Of a DNA stretch of 57,166 nt, positions 38,942 to 47,024 are shown one piece after another. The first letter of the stretch is position 1; each line of letters opens with the position of its first letter. The translations under genes were made by a program, and so were the position numbers. The notes below the pieces were generated by a model. That model ran no database searches. It was not told where the DNA came from and saw nothing but the letters and a program-made list of their open reading frames with translations. This stretch comes from an uncultured virus (IMG/VR IMGVR_UViG_3300005977_000003) (Adnaviria; Zilligvirae; Taleaviricota; Tokiviricetes; Ligamenvirales). The DNA lies in IMG/VR virus record IMGVR_UViG_3300005977_000003; one strand, given 5' to 3'.

Positions 38942-39757
38942 ATGGAAAGTCGTGGTGCTTTTAACATACAATATCTACAAACTTATGTAGTTTTTTCAAG
39001 CCCACCGTTGTTGAGATTTTACATGGATGGGCTTGATGATCAAAGGCTTAATCAAGTGTGGGATAAGTTGAAGGAGATAACGAATAAGTACTCGCCGAAA
39101 CTGACGTATAACGACTTGATGATAATAAGTAGGAATAGGAGTGGTTATAGGGTGGACTTAATATTAATGGATAAGAGAACGCTACTGGATTATGGGAACC
39201 TGAAGTCCGAGGTGAAGAGGTGGCTTGCCAAGAATGCGTTAGCCCTACCTGCAAGAATAATCACCATCTTTCTTTTGCCTGAGGCTTCAGAGGGGAACTA
39301 CATTCGGATGCTGGATCAGGTAAACAAATCTGTGGACGAGTTAAACGAAAGGCTAAAGCAGTATTATGAGAGTAATGACTTTAGGGAATTGATTGATACG
39401 ATAGACAGGGTGAGGGATAAGAGAAGGGAAACGGTATACGAGAGAATGTACATCAACAAACCCAGGGTTTACTTGAACAAGATCGTTTACGAGATTGTAC
39501 CAGGTTCTCCGACTGAAAAGTACGTTAGGGAGACGTTAAGGCATGAGATTGAAACCTTCCTCATAAGCACCATTAAGATGAATGGGAACATTAAGAGTAT
39601 GGACTTATTTAGGAGGAAGGTGTTGACACAGGTAGAGAAGTTGGAGATCATGACAGGTCTTAATGGGTTAAAGGACGATGTGGAGAAGGTACTGGTAACT
39701 AAGGACATTGAGGTGCTTAAGAAGTCCCTAGGAGATGTAGTGAATAGGTGGATTTGA
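38942..39757 (+). CDS. hypothetical helical protein
   Basis: 271 aa between motifs. Confidence 0.6.
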   Translation: MESRGAFNIQYLQTYVVFSSPPLLRFYMDGLDDQRLNQVWDKLKEITNKYSPKLTYNDLMIISRNRSGYRVDLILMDKRTLLDYGNLKSEVKRWLAKNALALPARIITIFLLPEASEGNYIRMLDQVNKSVDELNERLKQYYESNDFRELIDTIDRVRDKRRETVYERMYINKPRVYLNKIVYEIVPGSPTEKYVRETLRHEIETFLISTIKMNGNIKSMDLFRRKVLTQVEKLEIMTGLNGLKDDVEKVLVTKDIEVLKKSLGDVVNRWI

Positions 39758-39777
39758 ACCCTTTTTCGGGGATCGAA

Positions 39778-40275
39778 ATGGGTGAAGACGTAAAGAAGAT
39801 TGTGATCACGAATGTGGATTGGAATGCTTACTTGGAGATAGAACGTGGTTCCTTACAGGGCGACTTTATGACTCAGTCGTGTGATAGTGACTTTCTTGAC
39901 ATGGTGGCTTACACCTTAGCCAACCAAGCCCTTCCACATGGAAATACCATCAAGCTATCCGATGAGATAAAGGAGGCTTTCAGGAAGACAGAGTACGGCA
40001 ATGACTTCAAGTTTAGTAAACTGTTGGTTATTGAGAAAGAGGGTAAAACGAATAAGTACCTCTTGGAGATACAAATACCTTGGGATGTTATGCACGACAA
40101 GTTTATAGCGTTTATGGAGAGGATACAGGAGAGTTGGTGGCAATTATGTTACTGCCGTTTCAATCCAGGATCCTTCCCAGAGGGTGCCGACTACAACGTG
40201 TTACTGAATGAGGAGGAGAGGGAGAGATATAGATACGTTTGCGAGGAGGGAAGATTGGAGAAGAGGTGGTTGTAA
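39778..40275 (+). CDS. family B hypothetical protein (divergent)
   Basis: IQIPWDVMHDKFIAFME...LCYCR...VLLNEEERERYRYVC. Confidence 0.6.
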   Translation: MGEDVKKIVITNVDWNAYLEIERGSLQGDFMTQSCDSDFLDMVAYTLANQALPHGNTIKLSDEIKEAFRKTEYGNDFKFSKLLVIEKEGKTNKYLLEIQIPWDVMHDKFIAFMERIQESWWQLCYCRFNPGSFPEGADYNVLLNEEERERYRYVCEEGRLEKRWL

Positions 40276-40292
40276 CTTTTTCGGGGATGGAA

Positions 40293-40751
40293 ATGAGTGA
40301 TGAATCCGTGGTAGTATACGAGGAAGACACTTGGGGTACACACGGGCAACATAAGAAGAAAATGTTGTTTATCGTGGACTTAAAGGAGAGGACACAAAAG
40401 GCGTTGTGGACTTTCTCTGGTGTTGAGTGGGTGAATAACGACTCAAGTAAGAATAGGCATAGGAAGGCGTTGATGGATTACAAACAACTACAAGGTTTGA
40501 TGATTGGTGATAGGTTACTGAAGGTGGTGACAGATCATAAGTCCTCCAGTAGGAGGGAGATAACAACGAGTTACTACACGATGATTGATGGTAAACTAGT
40601 GGAGATACCTAGCAAAAACGTGAGGGTGGATGGTAAGTTTTACGATCTAGTCGAGTATAACAACGTTAAGGTTTACACGAATAAGGATGAGGTGAGGATA
40701 GACCCATCGAACCTACCGGAGGAGAAGAAGGTGGAGAAGAGGTGGTTGTAA
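40293..40751 (+). CDS. hypothetical protein
   Basis: Start reassigned after the motif; ends in EKRWL like the previous gene. Confidence 0.6.
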   Translation: MSDESVVVYEEDTWGTHGQHKKKMLFIVDLKERTQKALWTFSGVEWVNNDSSKNRHRKALMDYKQLQGLMIGDRLLKVVTDHKSSSRREITTSYYTMIDGKLVEIPSKNVRVDGKFYDLVEYNNVKVYTNKDEVRIDPSNLPEEKKVEKRWL

Positions 40752-40869
40752 CTTTTTTCGGGGATGGAGACACGTGGTAGAATGTAGAACAGACATCCTC
40801 GTTCATTACTAGTGAAAATATATCAAATTGCCTAACTAAATTTTTCAGTGATGTGAGACGAAGGCAAGA

Positions 40870-41139
40870 ATGGAAGGAGTTGGTGTGTCAGGATATTTAC
40901 GCTGTGAGTTTGACGACAAAACCCTACTGGAGTTTGACGAGTACACCGTTACCATTCAAGACTGCCCACACTACCGATGGTATCCTGCTCCGGAAGTTCA
41001 GGTTGAGGAAGGGATACACACAGAAGATGAGGAGGAGGAAGAAGAAAGCTGGGAACAGTTTTTAGAGAGAGCCCACGTTGCATCCATTAATGTACAAGGA
41101 GGAAAATACTACTTGGTACGAATGGAACAGGTAAGCTAA
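40870..41139 (+). CDS. family A protein with acidic insert
   Basis: RCEFD.KTLL...DCPHYRW...poly-E...KYYLV; similar to 29789. Confidence 0.65.
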   Translation: MEGVGVSGYLRCEFDDKTLLEFDEYTVTIQDCPHYRWYPAPEVQVEEGIHTEDEEEEEESWEQFLERAHVASINVQGGKYYLVRMEQVS

Positions 41140-41150
41140 CTTTTTCGGGG

Positions 41151-41381
41151 ATGGAGATGCAAGTGGAGATATATGAGTATGGTTTTAGGGTTAATAATGG
41201 AGATGAAAGCCTCTTCTTTCAGAGAGGACCGGAAGACGGCTTAGTCGTCGTTTACTATGAGAGGAATCTGGAGATGGTGGATGTGATGTACATACCTCTT
41301 GATAGGTATGGGGTGGAGAGTTTTGATGAGCTACAGAAGGTAGTGACGAGGAATCCTGAAATAGCCTGGAGACCAATGTAA
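41151..41381 (+). CDS. small acidic hypothetical protein
   Basis: 76 aa, follows the motif. Confidence 0.55.
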   Translation: MEMQVEIYEYGFRVNNGDESLFFQRGPEDGLVVVYYERNLEMVDVMYIPLDRYGVESFDELQKVVTRNPEIAWRPM

Positions 41382-41397
41382 AACAACTGACCGGGGG

Positions 41398-42324
41398 TTG
41401 TCAATGTACGAGGAAGAACACGAATTTGGATCACCAAAGGTGGTTGACGAGAGGAATGAGGTGACTTACAATAGATACGGTGACCACTACATCAGGACTG
41501 TAACCACACGTAGGTTAATAGCATACAGGTGTAGAATTTGTGGTTACGAGGAGGTGGAGGAGGAAAAGGAGGTATATGATGAGGAGGTGGACATTATATC
41601 GATTGATGGTATACCGTATTTGTTGAAACACAATCAGCTAAGTCCGTTAGAAAGATTGAATACTCCTCCACCTAAGGCGGAGTTGGAATACGTTAGTGTA
41701 TACAATTACTACATTCCCGTGAATTTTATTGATGAGGAGGTTATGAGTAGGGTTGAGGAATTAGTGAATGAGGTTGAGGAATTGGACAAGCGGATACGGT
41801 ACATTAACGATTATGACGTTTACCTCACAAAACTGGGAAGGTTGGCAAAGAAGGTGACGAATGAGATTAAGGAATACGACTCACAACACGATCTGCTATA
41901 TGTTACGGAGGAGGCATACTATGTACTGGAGGATGGGACAAGTTTGACGAAGGAGATCGTTGAGTATAGGAAGTATAGATGCAGGAAACGCTCCTTTCAA
42001 ACAGAAGAGGGAGAGTGGGCACCCCAAGAGGAGTGTGAATCTATGGTGAAGGAGGTTGTTGAATCACATGACTACGGTGAGATACCGACGTACAAGACAG
42101 ACTTTTACATCAACTACCAAAAACAAAAAGATAGCCTAATGCGGACAATGAAGGGATTGCTACAGCAAATGGTTAGGAATAAAGTGAGGGTTGACGTGCA
42201 GAAGGTTGGCGAGAGGGTGAAGATAAAGGTTGACAACGACGAAGGAGAGTTCATGTACAATTGGATAGACAGAGCTAACTATTACAGAGGTAAATACGGC
42301 CCACTTGCAATGTTATTTGTATAA
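41398..42324 (+). CDS. hypothetical protein with CxxC
   Basis: 308 aa; CRICG, coiled-coil segment. Confidence 0.6.
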   Translation: MSMYEEEHEFGSPKVVDERNEVTYNRYGDHYIRTVTTRRLIAYRCRICGYEEVEEEKEVYDEEVDIISIDGIPYLLKHNQLSPLERLNTPPPKAELEYVSVYNYYIPVNFIDEEVMSRVEELVNEVEELDKRIRYINDYDVYLTKLGRLAKKVTNEIKEYDSQHDLLYVTEEAYYVLEDGTSLTKEIVEYRKYRCRKRSFQTEEGEWAPQEECESMVKEVVESHDYGEIPTYKTDFYINYQKQKDSLMRTMKGLLQQMVRNKVRVDVQKVGERVKIKVDNDEGEFMYNWIDRANYYRGKYGPLAMLFV

Positions 42325-42356
42325 TCTTTTTCGGGGGCACAGAGAAATATAGCTGA

Positions 42357-42952
42357 TGTAATACACAGGATGACCCATTCCTTCAATCTGCTGTTAGCAT
42401 CAATACTTTTGTAATACACAGAATATTGTCTGCCCATTAGATAGTCGTATGTAATAAACATGGTCCTTGCCGCATAGTAGTAGGAAAGCTGTAATACACA
42501 TTATACTTCTTGTATAACATTAACAAGGATGTAATAAACATCGGCTTGACTTGTCATATAGCATTAGCTTTATTGTAATACACAAGATAAATTGTGCATA
42601 GCATGAGTCAGAATGTAATGTACATAATAATGTTTGTATAGTAGTGCTGTATAGCAATGGGAACGGTGTAATACACATAAAAATTTCTGCATAGCATTAA
42701 CTAGGATGTAATACACATAATAATCGTTGTACAACAGTATTGAGAATGTAATACACAGAAGGTTATCTGTAGAGTATTACCGTTATTGTAATACACATTA
42801 GAACCGTTGCATAGCAGGTGTCTTATTGTAATATACATGATGTCTTCTGTAAAACACATACCGCGATGAAATAGTCAGAAAAGATCATGTAAAGCAGGTA
42901 GACCTCTGTAACGCTCAAACACGATACTGCCACACTATCCTTGAAATACTCA
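42357..42952 (+). repeat. TIGR-like dual-repeat guide RNA array (about 14 units, 40-nt period)
   Basis: TGTAATACACA-type repeats start at 42357, 42410, 42450, 42490, 42530, 42574, 42614, 42667, 42707, 42747, 42787, 42827, 42867, 42907, 42942; most units continue with 10 variable nt, a 9-nt TGYAWARCA-type repeat and 10 more variable nt; no ORF. Confidence 0.88.
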
Positions 42953-42977
42953 ACCTGTGCCCTCTCGGGGATAAAAG

Positions 42978-44036
42978 ATGAAGGAGGATAAACTACAACT
43001 ATACGTTAACGGAAGAGAGACCATTCAGAGGGCTAGAATTGTCTATGGTAATATGATAGGGGCAAAACGTGAGGGTGGTAAATGGAAGTTTGTGAGGTAC
43101 TATAGCCTTTGTGAGAATAAGCACAAAGTCTTCCTGAAGGAGGGTGAGAAACGTGAGGTATGCCCAATCTGTAAACAGAAGGTTGTAATATATCAGGAAG
43201 AACCAGACGAAATGTTGATTGAAGTTTTCGAGAAGATTGATAAGGAGATAATAAAGTTGCTGGAGGCGGAAATCTCAAAGAATGTTACGGAGTATGCTGA
43301 GTGGCAAAACTTCCTTGTCTTTGTTAAGGGTGTTGGGCCAACTATTTCCGCTGAACTAGTTAGTATCTTACCACCGGAAAAGTTTAATTGGAATTTGGCA
43401 AAGCTAAAGTCTTACGCAGGAATAGGGATTGCTGGGGTTTGTGAGAAGGACAACTACCTAGTTTACGGTTCGCAGGCTTATAAGGACAGGAAACCTGTGG
43501 ATAATAAGCCGTTGAATGGTAATTGCCCATACTGCGGTAATCCGTTAAAGTGGAGGGCTGTGAATAAGGCAGACCCAGTAAAGTATCACAGACAGGCAAA
43601 GGCACTTCTAACCTACAAGCTAGCCACTAGCTTAATGAAGGCAAAGGGAGTGTACTACCAACTCTACCTCAAGTTCAAGGAGGAGATTTCGAAGAAGCAT
43701 CCAGACTGGAATAAGGCAAAGGTTAACATGACTGCTGTGAGAAAGATGTTAACGGTCTTCTTAACTGTCTATCTTTCAATCTCATACTCGATAACGCATA
43801 ACGTGGACTACAAAACCGCTTTAGTACACGTTTTAGGAGAGAAAGAATACAACATTTTGAGGAATCACAAGGACTTTATCGACTTCCCACTATTCGACGA
43901 TCTCATCGACACTAAGAGGAAGACAATGAAGGTGAATCAAACGGTAAAGAAGACACTGGAAAGACTGGGTCTGGATGAGGGCGATTTGAACAACATGGTT
44001 ATCTTCCACCAGAAACAACTGAAACAAGAGGATTGA
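42978..44036 (+). CDS. IS110/Nop-domain RNA-binding protein, TasA-like, with Zn-ribbon inserts
   Basis: VKGVGPTISAELV...LAKLKSYAGI and YYQLY...AVRKMLTVFL match the IS110 C-terminal/Nop fold; no N-terminal DEDD RuvC visible; C..H/CPIC and C..D/CPYC; directly downstream of the array. Confidence 0.8.
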   Translation: MKEDKLQLYVNGRETIQRARIVYGNMIGAKREGGKWKFVRYYSLCENKHKVFLKEGEKREVCPICKQKVVIYQEEPDEMLIEVFEKIDKEIIKLLEAEISKNVTEYAEWQNFLVFVKGVGPTISAELVSILPPEKFNWNLAKLKSYAGIGIAGVCEKDNYLVYGSQAYKDRKPVDNKPLNGNCPYCGNPLKWRAVNKADPVKYHRQAKALLTYKLATSLMKAKGVYYQLYLKFKEEISKKHPDWNKAKVNMTAVRKMLTVFLTVYLSISYSITHNVDYKTALVHVLGEKEYNILRNHKDFIDFPLFDDLIDTKRKTMKVNQTVKKTLERLGLDEGDLNNMVIFHQKQLKQED

Positions 44037-44071
44037 AGAGGATGAAGGTAGATTTTTTATCGGGGATGAAC

Positions 44072-44356
44072 ATGTTACTAGTAATAAAAGAGAGGAAATA
44101 CAAACCTGGTCTGTCCTACCAGGTAGGACTGGAGGAGGTTGTTGAAAACTATCTAAACCCGTCCTTACGTAGAAAGAGAAAACCATACTACTCCTACTTA
44201 GACACGAACGAGGTGTTTTACCAACGAATGGAGGTTTATGATGGAGGAAGACTTCTCATGGAGTATAACGGTGATAAGCTAACCTTCTACGACAAAAAGT
44301 TTGAGGAGGAATTCAAGAGGGTGTTGGAGAGGAAAAAGATGGGGGTGGCAAAATGA
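44072..44356 (+). CDS. hypothetical protein
   Basis: Start reassigned after a motif variant near 44053. Confidence 0.55.
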   Translation: MLLVIKERKYKPGLSYQVGLEEVVENYLNPSLRRKRKPYYSYLDTNEVFYQRMEVYDGGRLLMEYNGDKLTFYDKKFEEEFKRVLERKKMGVAK

Positions 44357-44694
44357 ACGTAAGTATAAGCGTTGATAATGAAACTTTTGAAAAGATTAAA
44401 TTACTCGCAGACAGGATCGGAGTAAACAGGTCACAACTGATACGGATGATACTACAAGAGGTTTTTGGAGTGAAACACTACAACAACTTTCTCTCCATCT
44501 TACCAAGTAACAACAGTACGACGAGACTGATTGAGAAGTGTGTTGTTGACCCTGAGTGTAAGGCAATCGACCTAAAACAACAAAAAGTGTATGTGACGAA
44601 CGGGCTACTGTGGAGGGACTTGGAGAACGTGAAGGTTGAGGAGGGCAATGTTGTGATACCAATCAATGGTAGGTTAATCTACGTTATTACATGA
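44353..44694 (+). CDS. CopG/ribbon-helix-helix regulator with C-terminal domain
   Basis: VSISVD.E....I..LA...GVNRSQLIR. Confidence 0.75.
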   Translation: MNVSISVDNETFEKIKLLADRIGVNRSQLIRMILQEVFGVKHYNNFLSILPSNNSTTRLIEKCVVDPECKAIDLKQQKVYVTNGLLWRDLENVKVEEGNVVIPINGRLIYVIT

Positions 44695-44764
44695 TTTTTT
44701 CGGGGGTCGTTTTGTGGTAAAATCCATTAGTAAAGCTTTTATCTCGTGTATAGTATAGCTATAC

Positions 44765-45085
44765 ATGGGTTTTGGTTTCTATTACGCTGGGATAATTACT
44801 AAGGCAGACGTAGTGAGGATTGTTGATCTACTGAATAAGAAGGGTCTTTCTAAGTCAGAGATTGCAAACAGAATAGGAATAACCAGGGGTTCCATCTACC
44901 TATGGATTTGGGATGTTGTGAAAGATGTAGATTATGAAAACAAAGTAAAGCTTCTTGATTTATTTTATGAGGTAGATAAATTTGAAGCTATAAACTTCAT
45001 AGAAGAAATTTTAATGGGACATCTAAAGATACTAGAAAAGGAAAAGGCTGGTGTGGAGACGCAAACTTCAGAGTCCGTGCTGTAG
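44765..45085 (+). CDS. helix-turn-helix regulator
   Basis: GLSKSEIANRIGITRGSIYLW. Confidence 0.75.
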   Translation: MGFGFYYAGIITKADVVRIVDLLNKKGLSKSEIANRIGITRGSIYLWIWDVVKDVDYENKVKLLDLFYEVDKFEAINFIEEILMGHLKILEKEKAGVETQTSESVL

Positions 45086-45161
45086 AAACCCTTTTAGGTT
45101 TAAAACGGGGTGTAAGGATAAAAACTGGGCTATCTTTTATTTGTAGCTAAATCGACCTAGA

Positions 45162-46031
45162 TCACTGGAGTTCTACGATCTTCATTCCTAATTTTATGGA
45201 GTCCTTAATACTTTCTTCAGATATTTCAAAACTGTGATCAAATAACCTAACGAAATAACCTTCCTCTACTTCAACCATCCAAGAACCTGAATACTCTCCT
45301 TCACAGAATTGTTCATTGATCGTTATGCGATTTAATGGAATCATACCACGTATAATTTTATGGGGTCTATGAGACTTCACAAACATACCTTTTATCTGAC
45401 CAAAGGAAGACAATTCCATTAGTTTTCCGAAAACGGTTTCGCTAGTGTTTAATAAGGTATCCGTGTAGCAAACTTGTGAAATATCCAAAAACCCTAGATA
45501 TTTGGTTGGTATAGGAATAGCTGAGATGATAGGAAGTGCTATTGATGGATTAAAGATGTTGATGGGTATGTAGGCAGTTGAGATTATGTCCCTATAGCAA
45601 ACCTCTTCTTCCGTTATTTTCGTGAAATTCAGTTTCTTCTTTACAAAACTAGAGTTTAAAAGCCCAATCTTGTCCCTAACACTATTCTCATCTACCTTCA
45701 TTCTTTCGCATCTTATTCTGTAAAAGAAGGGGACATTTCCAAGCCAAATCACAGTTCCTCCCCTTTTAAGAAAACCGTATAACCTATTATCTTCAGAGAA
45801 AAGGTTCTCAAATTCAGCGTTAAATGCACTATATGGCATTACATCCTGAAAGAATAAAAGCAAGTCCTTCCTACCGTGTTCTTCTAGCCAATTTCCTACC
45901 TCGTGATAACCTAGTATCTTAACACTCGACTTTACCTCCTCAAGTACGTTTTGTATTTTATTATCCACTTCTTTGAGGAATTCCATCCCAACATCTTTAA
46001 GTCTATAATCGTAATAAATTCCTATTTCCAC
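45162..46031 (-). CDS. hypothetical protein
   Basis: 289 aa ORF in a low-GC segment. Confidence 0.6.
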   Translation of the reverse strand: MEIGIYYDYRLKDVGMEFLKEVDNKIQNVLEEVKSSVKILGYHEVGNWLEEHGRKDLLLFFQDVMPYSAFNAEFENLFSEDNRLYGFLKRGGTVIWLGNVPFFYRIRCERMKVDENSVRDKIGLLNSSFVKKKLNFTKITEEEVCYRDIISTAYIPINIFNPSIALPIISAIPIPTKYLGFLDISQVCYTDTLLNTSETVFGKLMELSSFGQIKGMFVKSHRPHKIIRGMIPLNRITINEQFCEGEYSGSWMVEVEEGYFVRLFDHSFEISEESIKDSIKLGMKIVELQ

Positions 46032-46149
46032 GAGATAAAGTCAGTTGTGGAGTAAATAAACTTTTTGATAATCTTAAGATCACTATTCCAATAGAGTGAA
46101 ATATACGAATATCATAACGAGGAAAGAAATGAAAGATTGAATCTATCGG

Positions 46150-46914
46150 GTGGTAAATGTGGAAAGTCCTACGCCCTATGTTGTCTCAAAGGAAGCAATG
46201 AACTTCCTCAAAGTCCTTTTTTCAAGTAAACCGATAAAAGATGAGAAGGCTATAATAGACGCTTTCAAAAAGGGGTTCGTAAACAATACTATTCTTAACA
46301 TATCTCCAGATACGTTAATCGGATTTGAGGGTATCATAGAGAAATACCTTGATGCTGACCTTGTCAACGACGAATACTATAAAACTGTGGAGTTAGGCAT
46401 TATAGCGATAGCCATAACACTACTGGCACGTAGATTAAGCTTAATCACCCCACAAGGACCAACCGAACTGCTAGATAAATACCTTTCTTACATTTCTTTA
46501 CTTAGATTCAGAGCAAATAAGAATGAAGTAATACCATTGTTAGCCCTATCTCTTGTAACGGAAGAAGGTAATGGGTTCTATAAAGTTACTGGTCTAGCAT
46601 TATACCTCCTTAATTCTCTACTATCAATAAAAGCGTACAACGCATTGCCTAAGGCATACCTAAAAGACTTCATAGAAGATTTGAATAAAATACTGTTGTT
46701 TCATAAATTCTTAGTTGAACGTGTGACCAGTTTGCTTTATGAGGCACCTTCATCATTATACCAAGCATATCATGGATCCAGTAGATACAATGAACTAATG
46801 GCTGAGCTTGATTACCAAAACATAATAAATACAATGAAGTCCTTGGGTGGAAAACTGGCACCACCGTACAGGTATGAGATACCAATAGTTAGAGAAGAAA
46901 GGAGAGTTTTTTAA
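46150..46914 (+). CDS. hypothetical protein
   Basis: 254 aa ORF in a low-GC segment. Confidence 0.6.
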   Translation: MVNVESPTPYVVSKEAMNFLKVLFSSKPIKDEKAIIDAFKKGFVNNTILNISPDTLIGFEGIIEKYLDADLVNDEYYKTVELGIIAIAITLLARRLSLITPQGPTELLDKYLSYISLLRFRANKNEVIPLLALSLVTEEGNGFYKVTGLALYLLNSLLSIKAYNALPKAYLKDFIEDLNKILLFHKFLVERVTSLLYEAPSSLYQAYHGSSRYNELMAELDYQNIINTMKSLGGKLAPPYRYEIPIVREERRVF

Positions 46915-47024
46915 CTTTCTCGGGGTTCGAAGGTGGCGTAAAGATGAAGTCCAGGATAGCCACCATTTGTGTAGGAAACCTAGATCACCCAAACATTTTT
47001 TAACTTCCAGAAAAAGATAAAATC

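Larger units (their letters stand above)
29426..44705 (+). repeat. dispersed intergenic motif TTTTTCGGGG (about 30 copies) between successive genes
   Basis: Copies near 29426, 29627, 29772, 30129, 30466, 30741, 31147, 31699, 32009, 32314, 32507, 32706, 33264, 34506, 34639, 35246, 35559, 35874, 36648, 36989, 38522, 38925, 39762, 40277, 40753, 41141, 42327, 44695; variants near 34170, 34664, 42964, 44053. Confidence 0.92.

Noticed and set aside
42357..42952. CRISPR or mini-CRISPR array
   Set aside because: Repeats are only 9-11 nt, alternate between two types and flank 10-nt spacers; CRISPR repeats and spacers are much longer, and there is no cas operon.
42978..44036. Ordinary IS110 transposase
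   Set aside because: No N-terminal DEDD RuvC domain is visible, and it sits beside a multi-unit array rather than a single bridge-RNA region.
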